NCBI GenBank assembly: GCA_007376295.1
Contig: VMGB01000001.1
Location: 80,424 to 144,423 of the forward strand
Source: Parcubacteria group bacterium Gr01-1014_13
GTDB lineage: Bacteria > Patescibacteriota > Patescibacteriia > Magasanikbacterales > GWA2-37-8
Length of the DNA: 64,000 bases
Reading direction: 5' to 3'
This document shows, piece by piece, positions 26,339 to 34,929 of this stretch. The translations under genes and the position numbers were made by a program. The notes beneath the pieces are model-generated. The model was not told where the DNA came from, did no database searches, and was given only the letters and a program-made list of their open reading frames with translations. Position 1 is the stretch's first letter. Each line of letters starts with the position of its first letter.

Positions 26339-28144
26339 ATGCAAATCAGAAACGTCGCAATTATCGCCCACGTAGACCACGGCAAAACCACGCTCGTGGA
26401 TGCTTTGTTGCGTCAATCCAAAACTAAATTGGGTAAAGAACTGGTTGATCAAGAGACTATCATGGATAGCAATGATTTAGAACGTGAACGCGGTATCACT
26501 ATTTTTTCTAAAAACGCTTCTATAGAATGGCAGGATACCAAGATAAATATTATTGATACTCCTGGCCACGCCGATTTTGGCGGTGAAGTAGAAAGAGTTC
26601 TCAAGTTAGCCGATGGTTGTTTGCTTTTGGTTGATGCCAAAGAAGGCCCGATGCCGCAGACTAGATTTGTGCTTAAAAAAGCTTTGCAGATGGGGCACAA
26701 AATTATTGTGGTGATAAATAAGATAGATAAACCAGGTGCTAGACCAGCTTGGGTTTTGGATAAAACCTTTGATTTATTCGTCGATTTGGGCGCTAGTGAT
26801 GAGGTGGCTGATTTTCCAGTTATCTATGCTTCAGCCAAACAAGGCAAAGCTGGGCTTACTCCGGATTTAGAAGCGATGACCGACATCACTCCGATTTTTG
26901 ATACTGTTTTGAAATTTATTCCGGAACCAAAAGTAGATCCAAATGCGCCGCTACAAATTTTGATTACCACTATTACCGGTGATGATTTTAAAGGCAGAAT
27001 TGCTACTGGCAGAATATATAACGGTGTAATAAAAACCGGCCAAGATATAATGCATATCAATCGCGAAGGCAAAATGACAAAATGCCGCGTGATGGCGCTC
27101 ATGACTTTTTTTGGCTTGGAAAGAATAGAAGTTAAAGAAGCGGTAGCCGGAGATGTGGTGGCGATTGCCGGAATTCCGGAAATAAATATTGGTGAAACAA
27201 TTGCGGATTTAAATAACCCGATTGCTTTGCCATTGTTAAATGTGGAAGAACCGACTGTAAAAATGACTTTTTCCGTGAATGATTCTCCGTTTGCCGGCAA
27301 GGAAGGTCAGTTCACAACTTCCAGACAAATTAGAGAAAGATTATATAAGGAATTGGAAACAGACATGGCGCTGAAAGTAGAAGATGGTCTTGATGGTGGC
27401 TGGATAGTTTCTGGCCGCGGTGAATTGCATTTGGCCATTCTTATTGAACGTCTGCGCCGCGAAGGTTATGAATTACAGGTTTCTCGTCCGCAAGTAATTG
27501 TGAAAGAAATTGATGGCAAGAAAATGACTCCTTATGAACAGGTATTTATTGAAGTACCAGAAGCAAGTTCTGGATCTGTAATTCAAAAATTGGGCAGCCG
27601 ACATGGCGAGATGCGGGAAATGCGAACGGAAAATGGAATTGTTTTCTTGGAATTTATTATCCCTACCCGTGGATTGTTTGGTTATCGTACTGAATTTCTT
27701 ACTGACACACGCGGTTTGGGACTTATTAACACTATTTTCTATCAGTACATGCCAGATCCGGGCAGTTGGCGCGAACGCGAACAAGGTTCGCTAGTGGCGC
27801 ATGAAACCGGTACAAGTAATTTGTACGGTTTGCTTAACATTCAAGATAGGGGACAGTTATTTATTGGTCCGGGCTCAGCGGTATACAAAGGCCAAGTTGT
27901 TGGTCAAAACGCGCGCAGTGAAGATATTCGCGTAAATGTTTGTAAAGAAAAACAACTTTCCAATATGCGTTCCAAAGGTGATGGTGTTTCTGAACACTTT
28001 AATGCTCCAAAAACTATGGGGCTAGAGGACGCGTTGGAATATATCGGTGATGATGAACTAGTTGAAATAACTCCAAAAAATGTTAGAATTAGAAAGGTGA
28101 TCTTGGACGAAAATGAAGCCAAAAGAAAAGCGAGAGGAATGTAA
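26339..28144 (+). CDS. typA: Translational GTPase TypA/BipA
   Basis: IAHVDHGKTT, RGITI, DTPGHADFGGEVER, NKID, GRGELHL, C-terminal DDELVEITP. Confidence 0.97.
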   Translation: MQIRNVAIIAHVDHGKTTLVDALLRQSKTKLGKELVDQETIMDSNDLERERGITIFSKNASIEWQDTKINIIDTPGHADFGGEVERVLKLADGCLLLVDAKEGPMPQTRFVLKKALQMGHKIIVVINKIDKPGARPAWVLDKTFDLFVDLGASDEVADFPVIYASAKQGKAGLTPDLEAMTDITPIFDTVLKFIPEPKVDPNAPLQILITTITGDDFKGRIATGRIYNGVIKTGQDIMHINREGKMTKCRVMALMTFFGLERIEVKEAVAGDVVAIAGIPEINIGETIADLNNPIALPLLNVEEPTVKMTFSVNDSPFAGKEGQFTTSRQIRERLYKELETDMALKVEDGLDGGWIVSGRGELHLAILIERLRREGYELQVSRPQVIVKEIDGKKMTPYEQVFIEVPEASSGSVIQKLGSRHGEMREMRTENGIVFLEFIIPTRGLFGYRTEFLTDTRGLGLINTIFYQYMPDPGSWREREQGSLVAHETGTSNLYGLLNIQDRGQLFIGPGSAVYKGQVVGQNARSEDIRVNVCKEKQLSNMRSKGDGVSEHFNAPKTMGLEDALEYIGDDELVEITPKNVRIRKVILDENEAKRKARGM

Positions 28145-28149
28145 TTGGC

Positions 28150-28221
28150 GGCCCCATCGTCTATCAGTTAGGACACGACCTTCTCAAGGTTGAGAGACGG
28201 GTGCGATTCCCGTTGGGGCTA
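28150..28221 (+). tRNA. tRNA-Glu(CTC), CCA not encoded
   Basis: GGCCCCA/TGGGGCT acceptor stem, CGACC-TTCTCAA-GGTTG anticodon arm, ACGGG-TGCGATT-CCCGT T arm. Confidence 0.9.
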
Positions 28222-28235
28222 CTAAGACTGCTGAT

Positions 28236-28544
28236 ATGGAAAAAATGTTAGAAAATTTAAAGTTTTTTGGCACCTACATAGGCATGCCAGATACTGATCC
28301 GAGACTTATACTCGCCAGACTCATTCATATGGCGCTAGGTTTTGTCGGTATTGTCTTGTTGCTCATGATTCTATCCAGCGGTTTTTCATTTATGGTTTCA
28401 GGCGGAGATGAAGAAAAAACTGCCAGCGCTAAAAGAACTTTAATCAATGCCATTATTGGCGTAATAATTATCCTCTCTGCTTATAGCATCGTAAACTTTG
28501 TGATGAATGGTCTGACTGCGGCCACTACCACTTCCGGGGTTTAA
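28236..28544 (+). CDS. VirB2/TrbC-like pilin
   Basis: Two hydrophobic helices linked by SGGDEEKTASAKRTLINAIIG, typical of CPR pilins. Confidence 0.82.
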   Translation: MEKMLENLKFFGTYIGMPDTDPRLILARLIHMALGFVGIVLLLMILSSGFSFMVSGGDEEKTASAKRTLINAIIGVIIILSAYSIVNFVMNGLTAATTTSGV

Positions 28545-28650
28545 ACTTTAAATCAGCTTCGGCTGATTTTTTGTTTGTTTTAAATTTTGACAACTAATGA
28601 AAAAATTGTTACGTTAAGTTTGGCAAATTTACAAAAACAAGGAGTTGCCA

Positions 28651-29526
28651 ATGCGGTTCACTGTCGGCAGGGTGGGAAGCCTGATCAGTGGTCGTTATGA
28701 ACTCAAGGAACATATTTATACAAGCAACATGAGTAGCGTGCTCAAAGCTTGGGATTATAAAGAAGATCGCTTCGTGGTTGTCAAGATTTCTACAGATACT
28801 GTCCAATACTCCAATTTGGTAGAGTGTCTAAAGCGTGAAGCCGGGGCGCTTAGCAGGATTGATCATCCACGCGTTGTACGTGTATTCGATTCTGGAAATA
28901 TTGGACCGTCACATTTTATAGTGTTGGAATATATACACGGCACAAATCTCGCTAATTATATTCACAGACACGGTCGTTTGTTTCTGGATGCTGCCATTTC
29001 GGTAGGCATAGACCTGCTTGAAGGTTTAGAAGCTATACATAAAGAGGGGATCGTTCACCGCGATCTCAAACCAGAGAATTTGATTACTACTCGTATCGGA
29101 GTCAAAATTATCGATCTCGGTTTGGCTGTATCTACGCCCGCAGCAGAGCAAAAGATGGATCCATTAGATAGTCCTGGAATGGTAAGTGGCACACCCCCAT
29201 ATCTTTCGCCTGAGCAAGCTCAGGGATCCGAAGATTTGGACGCTCGGTCCGATCTGTATGCTTGCGGCGTTATATTATATGAACTGTTAACTGGAGCTCT
29301 TCCTTTTTATAACTTTAAAAAGGACGGGCAGATATTTAAATATTGGCAAGGACGATTGCGTCCGTTTTGGGAAGTATCGCCTGCTGTAGACGTTCCAGAC
29401 AAAGTCCAAGCCGTTGTTTGGAAGGCGCTGGCAGTTGACCCCAAGGATCGTTATCAAACTGCCGAAGAAATGCGGATGGCTTTGCTAGAGGTAATGGAAA
29501 AATATGTCACAATTCCGTTGCCGTGA
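28651..29526 (+). CDS. Stand-alone Hanks-type Ser/Thr protein kinase
   Basis: VVVK, REA, HRDLKPEN, DLG, GTPPYLSPEQ, SDLYACG; AAGGAG SD. Confidence 0.92.
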   Translation: MRFTVGRVGSLISGRYELKEHIYTSNMSSVLKAWDYKEDRFVVVKISTDTVQYSNLVECLKREAGALSRIDHPRVVRVFDSGNIGPSHFIVLEYIHGTNLANYIHRHGRLFLDAAISVGIDLLEGLEAIHKEGIVHRDLKPENLITTRIGVKIIDLGLAVSTPAAEQKMDPLDSPGMVSGTPPYLSPEQAQGSEDLDARSDLYACGVILYELLTGALPFYNFKKDGQIFKYWQGRLRPFWEVSPAVDVPDKVQAVVWKALAVDPKDRYQTAEEMRMALLEVMEKYVTIPLP

Positions 29527-29534
29527 AAAAGTGC

Positions 29535-29568
29535 ACCGTCCCGCAATTGCGTGGGCGGTTTTTATTTT
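29535..29568 (+). terminator. Intrinsic terminator after kinase
   Basis: ACCGTCCCGC..GCGTGGGCGGT hairpin plus T run. Confidence 0.65.
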
Positions 29569-29571
29569 AGT

Positions 29572-29621
29572 TTGACAGTATTTAAAAATACGTGCTATAG
29601 TTATGTTCGTATATACGAACA
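29572..29621 (+). promoter_or_regulatory. sigma70 promoter and DtxR/MntR-type operator candidate
   Basis: TTGACA 29572, TGnTATAGT -10 at 29596, perfect 18-bp palindrome TGTTCGTATATACGAACA at 29604-29621. Confidence 0.8.
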
Positions 29622-29628
29622 AATTAGT

Positions 29629-30039
29629 ATGTCACGAATTACTCCTACTCGAGAAGATTATCTCCGGGCCATATACCGTTTTTCCCAAAAAGATACCCGC
29701 GTTCGTATTATTGACATCGCGCGTAATTTGAATTTGGCTCGTTCCACAGTTTCCGAAAGAGTTCAAGATTTAAAGAATGCAAATTTTATAAAATCCGGCC
29801 AAAATGAAGAGGGGATTGTCCTGAGCAAAAAAGGATTGCTATTGGCCCGGCAACTCACCTACAAACACCGTTTGATTGAAGTTTTTCTCCACAAAGTTTT
29901 GCATATGGATGCCAAAAAAGTCCATGCGGAAGCGCATAAACTAGAACATGCGTTTTCCGATGAAGTGATTGCTCGTTTGGCCAAGTTTCTAGGCAACCCT
30001 AAAAAAGATCCGCACGGAGAAAAAATTACTAAAGTTTAA
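29629..30039 (+). CDS. DtxR/MntR family metal-dependent repressor
   Basis: EDYLRAIY, HRLIEVFL, EAHKLEH, DPHG; ATG 29629. Confidence 0.92.
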   Translation: MSRITPTREDYLRAIYRFSQKDTRVRIIDIARNLNLARSTVSERVQDLKNANFIKSGQNEEGIVLSKKGLLLARQLTYKHRLIEVFLHKVLHMDAKKVHAEAHKLEHAFSDEVIARLAKFLGNPKKDPHGEKITKV

Positions 30040-30053
30040 ATTTTTTAAAAAAT

Positions 30054-31088
30054 ATGTCTCAGAAAAAATTTATCACACTTATTACTGTAATATTGGTTGC
30101 CGTGGCAGCAGTAGTTTTTGGCGGCTATAAATTTAACAAGAAAAATAGCGGTCACGACTATGTTAAATTACATCAGGAGGCCCAAAAAAATATAGGTCCT
30201 ACCGGACAGTATCAGACCGATGATTTTGATCCTACGGAATTTTTGACAACCTGGAATTTCAACAATCTTCCTGAAAAAGAGCGCGCCAAATTTTATAAAG
30301 AAACAGCTCTTGCCGACGGGACTTTATTGCGTGAGTATAATTTTTTTATAGAAGACAAAGAAATTGAAGTTGCTCCCGGAGTCTTTTTTCCGGCCTGGGC
30401 ATATAATGGCCAGGTACCTGGCCCAACTATCCGCGCCACCGAAGGTGATACGGTTAAAATAACCCTTATAAATGGCGGTTCAAAACCTCATTCGGCTCAT
30501 TTTCACGGTTTTCATTCCGCAGAAATGGATGGTTCGGCTCCCGAGGACATGGTTTTACCGGGAGAAAATTTTACCTATGAATTCAAAGCGGGTCCATTTG
30601 GCACTCATGTTTATCATTGTCACAGTTATCCAGTTTCCCAACATATAACGAAGGGGTTATATGGTGCTTATATTGTGGATCCAAAAAATGATACTAGACC
30701 AAAAGCGGACAAGGAATTAGTAATGGTGATGAATGGTTTTGATACTGATTTTGATGGCGCTAACGATATTTATGCTGTCAATACTATGGCCTTTGCTTAT
30801 AACTATAAACCAATAATGGTTAAGAAAGGCGAGTTAGTGCGTATTCATTTGAGTAATATGCTTCAGTTTGATCTGGTTAACTCATTTCATTTGCACGCCA
30901 ATTTTTTTAACGAATATAAGACCGGTACAAGTTTAAAACCCGATAATTTTACGGACACAATTACTTTGGGGCCGGCGGAAAGATCGGTTTTAGATGTCAG
31001 ATTTAGAGAACCGGGCATGTTTATGTTCCACGCTCATGTGCAGGAATTTGCTGAGTTGGGTTGGACCGGTATGTTTATGGTGGAATAA
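30054..31088 (+). CDS. Membrane-anchored two-domain multicopper oxidase
   Basis: HSAHFHG and YHCH....H....L in domain 1; FHLH and FHAH in domain 2. Confidence 0.9.
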   Translation: MSQKKFITLITVILVAVAAVVFGGYKFNKKNSGHDYVKLHQEAQKNIGPTGQYQTDDFDPTEFLTTWNFNNLPEKERAKFYKETALADGTLLREYNFFIEDKEIEVAPGVFFPAWAYNGQVPGPTIRATEGDTVKITLINGGSKPHSAHFHGFHSAEMDGSAPEDMVLPGENFTYEFKAGPFGTHVYHCHSYPVSQHITKGLYGAYIVDPKNDTRPKADKELVMVMNGFDTDFDGANDIYAVNTMAFAYNYKPIMVKKGELVRIHLSNMLQFDLVNSFHLHANFFNEYKTGTSLKPDNFTDTITLGPAERSVLDVRFREPGMFMFHAHVQEFAELGWTGMFMVE

Positions 31089-31107
31089 ATATTTTAAAAC
31101 TATTATT

Positions 31108-32316
31108 ATGTCTCAAATATCAGAAACAAATAGGGGGTTAAAAACATGGATTAGTTTTTTGTTGCCGCTCATTTTGTTAGCGGGGCTTCTCTGGGGTTTT
31201 ATAAAATACGGTCCTCTGGGAGTATTTAAAGCAGAATTTCCTCCTGTCGAAAAACTTGTTATCCAGAGAGTGAATTTCATGCCCGAACGTATTGATCTTG
31301 AAGTTTTTAATGATGGGCCGGAATCTGTGACTGTTGCCCAGTTGGTAGTCAATGAAGTTATCTGGCAATTCAAAATGCAGCCTGATAATAATACCTTGAA
31401 GCCTTTGGAAGGCGGAGTAGTATCATTGGCTTATCCTTGGACTGAAGGCGATCCGATTGCTTTTACATTAATATCCAGCGATGGTGTTACTTTTGGAAAA
31501 GAAGTTGATGTAGCTTTTTTGACCCCAACCATTGATGCAACATACTTACGAACCTTTATTCTGCTTGGTTTGTATGTCGGTGTTGTTCCGGTGCTACTCG
31601 GTCTGCTTTGGTTTCCGTTTTTACGCAGGCTTAAAGGCAAAGGATATCTGTTTTTGCTATCTTTGACCATCGGTCTTCTGTTATTTTTAGGATTTTCTAC
31701 TTTGGCTGAATCTATAGAACTAATTGGCGAGTTGCCAAGCGCCTTTAATGGCGTCGGACTGCTTGTTATTGGATTTGTTTCAGCAATTTTAATTCTTGGC
31801 GCAGTGACTTATAAAACAGAATTTAGTTTGGCTAATAAGAGTGATCATTCCAAAGCTTTAATATGGTCATACTTAATAGCTTTGGGTATTGGATTGCATA
31901 ATCTGGGCGAGGGTCTGGCTATAGGTAGCGCTTATACTTTAGGTGAGATTGCTTTAGGATCTACTCTGGTTATTGGTTTTATGGTGCATAATGTTACCGA
32001 AGGGGTGGCGATTATTTCTCCGCTGACTCATGGTGAAGTTAAAATAAAAAGATTTTTTAAACATCTTTTGTTAATGGGACTACTAGCTGGCGCGCCGACT
32101 ATTCTAGGAAGTTTAATTGGTGGGTTCGCTTACTCTCCTGTTTATGGCGTCCTCTTTTTGGCTATTGGCGCCGGAGCTATCTTTGATGTTACTTTTGATA
32201 TTCTTCATCATATGGCCAAAGGACGTTGGAATTCTTTGTTTACCACCACCAATGTCTTTGGGTTTTTAGCAGGCTTATTTCTTATGTACGTAACTGGATT
32301 TCTGGTTTTGGGCTAA
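31108..32316 (+). CDS. ZIP family metal transporter with N-terminal extracellular domain
   Basis: GLHNLGEGLAIG and MVHNVTEG metal-binding motifs; multiple TMs; ATG 31108. Confidence 0.9.
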   Translation: MSQISETNRGLKTWISFLLPLILLAGLLWGFIKYGPLGVFKAEFPPVEKLVIQRVNFMPERIDLEVFNDGPESVTVAQLVVNEVIWQFKMQPDNNTLKPLEGGVVSLAYPWTEGDPIAFTLISSDGVTFGKEVDVAFLTPTIDATYLRTFILLGLYVGVVPVLLGLLWFPFLRRLKGKGYLFLLSLTIGLLLFLGFSTLAESIELIGELPSAFNGVGLLVIGFVSAILILGAVTYKTEFSLANKSDHSKALIWSYLIALGIGLHNLGEGLAIGSAYTLGEIALGSTLVIGFMVHNVTEGVAIISPLTHGEVKIKRFFKHLLLMGLLAGAPTILGSLIGGFAYSPVYGVLFLAIGAGAIFDVTFDILHHMAKGRWNSLFTTTNVFGFLAGLFLMYVTGFLVLG

Positions 32317-32401
32317 TTGACAAGCAGCTTCTTCTATAGTACTATCTTCATGCCAAGACAAAAATTGGAGTAGAGCCTTTTGGTTCTAAAGAAAGGAAAC
32401 G

Positions 32402-33352
32402 ATGACCAGATCTTTCAAACAGCAGTGTGAGAAGCCGTGGGCAATGGGTAAGTATGTCTGTGTCGGGCTCGACCCGGACTTCAACAGGCTTCCCACCCAT
32501 CTAAAAGACCTCCGTAGTCCAGAGAAATGGATCTTTGATTTTTTGAAAGCGATTGTTGATTCGACGGTAAAAGTCGCCGCGGCTTTCAAACCAAACTATG
32601 CTTTTTTCGAGAAGTATGGTGATCTGGGTGTTAAAGTCTACGTGATGATTTGTCAATATATCAAGGCATTTCATAAGGATGTTGTCCTTATCTGTGATTC
32701 CAAGCGCGGGGATATCGGTGATACGAACGTCGGTTCGGCAGACTTCTTTTTCGAGCGGTGCAATGCTGATGCGGTTACGGTCAATGGTTATCTCGGGCCA
32801 GAAGCTCTGGAGCCGTTCCTCAATCGTGAGGATAAAGGTGTGTTCATTTTGTGTCGTACTTCTAACTCCGGATCTGGAGAGCTCCAAAATCTACAGGTTC
32901 AGGTTTCTGCAGAAGAAGCCGAGATGTTTCGTCTGCCTTCCGCACTACCTTCCCAAGAGATGACCTGGGAAGAATCTCAGAGGTACCATAAGGAGAAAAA
33001 GCTTACTTATCATATGCCACTTTACCAGTACGTGGCCGCTCGGGTCAGCCATTCTTGGAACAAGAAAAACAACAATTGCGGTTTGGTAACTGGCGCTACC
33101 TACGCAGAAGACATCTACAATGTTCGTCATGTTGCGCCCGATTTACCTCTTCTTATCCCAGGTATCGGCAAGCAGGGTGGCGATCTCGAAAAGTCGGTGA
33201 GGGCGGCGAGCAGTCGATTTTTCGTCAATTCATCGAGCGCTATTCTGTATGCGTCACAGGGCGAAGATTTTGCCGAAGCAGCTTTGGCCAAGACCTTTGA
33301 ACTGGATAGCCAAATCCGCGCTCTGGTAGAGCAACAGCGCTGGGAGTTTTAA
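32402..33352 (+). CDS. pyrF: Orotidine-5'-phosphate decarboxylase
   Basis: CVGLDP, FKPN.AFFE, DSKRGDIGDT, LCRTSN, LIPGIGKQGG, NSS.AI. Confidence 0.93.
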   Translation: MTRSFKQQCEKPWAMGKYVCVGLDPDFNRLPTHLKDLRSPEKWIFDFLKAIVDSTVKVAAAFKPNYAFFEKYGDLGVKVYVMICQYIKAFHKDVVLICDSKRGDIGDTNVGSADFFFERCNADAVTVNGYLGPEALEPFLNREDKGVFILCRTSNSGSGELQNLQVQVSAEEAEMFRLPSALPSQEMTWEESQRYHKEKKLTYHMPLYQYVAARVSHSWNKKNNNCGLVTGATYAEDIYNVRHVAPDLPLLIPGIGKQGGDLEKSVRAASSRFFVNSSSAILYASQGEDFAEAALAKTFELDSQIRALVEQQRWEF

Positions 33353-33369
33353 CCAAAATTATTTCCGCC

Positions 33370-33392
33370 AGCACTCCAAATGGAGTGCTTTT
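33370..33392 (+). terminator. Intrinsic terminator after pyrF
   Basis: AGCACTCCA-AA-TGGAGTGCT plus T run. Confidence 0.7.
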
Positions 33393-33486
33393 ATATTTTT
33401 ATTATCACGGTTTTATGATTTTGACACAACCGTAATTTAATGATTAGATGTTTAGTAGAACACATTCTTAACAATGGGGGAATGTA

Positions 33487-33969
33487 ATGTATTCTTGGAG
33501 TACGAAGAGGAAAATAGCGATTGAAATGGGTGTTCTTTTTTTGCTTTATACCGCTTTGGGAATTTCTGTCGAAGCAATTTTTACCGGGATTGGCGACATA
33601 ATTCGGAATGAGTTGGCTGGAAATTCTTTCGATCCCATCCTTCCTTGCCGGGTTAGCTTGTGGATCATCCCGGTCTATGGTTTGTCAGCTACAATTGCCT
33701 TCGCAATTATCGATGCATATTTACCAAGACTTTTTTCTTGGCCATGGTGGATTCGCGGCCTTATCTATATGGTCGTAATTTACAGCTTTGAGTTTGTGTG
33801 GGCATTGGCGCTTGAAAGTCTGCTTGGTATTCAGGTATGGAACTATGAAGATTCAGAATACCGCATCTGGCGGTATATAAATCCGTATTTCTGCGTTGTT
33901 TGGTTCGTGTTTGGTTTTGCTTTGGAAAAAGTAAAAGTTTATATTCTCCCGCGTCTTCTCAAGTCTTGA
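33487..33969 (+). CDS. Putative ABC-transporter-permease-like membrane protein (CmpB/TMEM229-like)
   Basis: E..FTG, SLWIIPVYG, RGLIY...IY.FEF, WNY motifs; about four TMs. Confidence 0.75.
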   Translation: MYSWSTKRKIAIEMGVLFLLYTALGISVEAIFTGIGDIIRNELAGNSFDPILPCRVSLWIIPVYGLSATIAFAIIDAYLPRLFSWPWWIRGLIYMVVIYSFEFVWALALESLLGIQVWNYEDSEYRIWRYINPYFCVVWFVFGFALEKVKVYILPRLLKS

Positions 33970-34069
33970 GGCGCGGGTTTGTTATTTTCAAGGTCATTAC
34001 ATTGACAAAACCGCGATTTAATGTTTAAATGGCGGAGCGAAATAGGTTCGTAAACAACAGGAGAGAGCA

Positions 34070-34852
34070 ATGAAGCAAGATTTGACGCAGTGCAGCCTTC
34101 AGGGAGTTTTTGATTTTGTTTATGCGCAAAATCAAGAGCCGCACAATAGTTTGCTCATTCTGAGTGAAAAAGAAGTTAAGCATATCATTGGTCTTGCTGG
34201 GGGATTTTGGCATCACAACGGTGATCCAAAAGCCCCGCATGCAGTGATGCGGTCAGGCAAACATACCGATGGTTTTGTGTCTTTGCCTGAAGCGCTAAAA
34301 TATGTTGCGATTAACAATTTGTTTGCCGCAACATTGGCAAAGAAAATTCACCGAAGCTCATATCATAATCAGCGGATTGATTGGGTGATTGGATCAGATC
34401 ATGCTGCCGGCACGTTTTCCTACGCTGTCGCAGACGAGCTAAGAAAGTGTAATTTTCTTTGGCGCGGAATCAAACAAGATTTCACTGAAAAAGCCATGGT
34501 AAATGGCGAGGAGATCCAAAAATGGTCTCGTCATGTCATTAAGAAGGAAGAATTCGTTTTGCAGGTTGAAGAACTTTGTTCCACCAACCTGACGATTGGG
34601 CGCGTGTATGAAGGCGTTAATAACGCCCATCCAGATTACACGATTTCTTATGTGCCGATTGTTGGTATGGCAGTAAACAGGACTGGAAGGGATTTGTTCC
34701 ATGGAAGGAAGGTCGTCTCGCTCCTTAACATCAAGTTCAAGGAATGGGATGTCCGGAAGCGTGAAGAGTGCAGTCTTTGCAAAGGCGGCTCCGAACCGCT
34801 CGAAGACGTCAAGAAGTCCGCGGCTACGTGGGCCAAGCTAAATTGTCATTAG
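34070..34852 (+). CDS. Orotate phosphoribosyltransferase-like protein (divergent)
   Basis: HAVMRSGKHTDGF, VLQVEELCST PRPP-loop region, C-terminal CSLC; near pyrF. Confidence 0.7.
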   Translation: MKQDLTQCSLQGVFDFVYAQNQEPHNSLLILSEKEVKHIIGLAGGFWHHNGDPKAPHAVMRSGKHTDGFVSLPEALKYVAINNLFAATLAKKIHRSSYHNQRIDWVIGSDHAAGTFSYAVADELRKCNFLWRGIKQDFTEKAMVNGEEIQKWSRHVIKKEEFVLQVEELCSTNLTIGRVYEGVNNAHPDYTISYVPIVGMAVNRTGRDLFHGRKVVSLLNIKFKEWDVRKREECSLCKGGSEPLEDVKKSAATWAKLNCH

Positions 34853-34882
34853 CAACCAAAAGAGAAATAATCTGTAAAATTC

Positions 34883-34911
34883 GCCTCTCCAATTGACTGG
34901 AGAGGCTTTTT
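34883..34911 (+). terminator. Intrinsic terminator
   Basis: GCCTCTCCA-ATTGAC-TGGAGAGGC plus T run. Confidence 0.75.
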
Positions 34912-34929
34912 CATATATAATGATTTACT

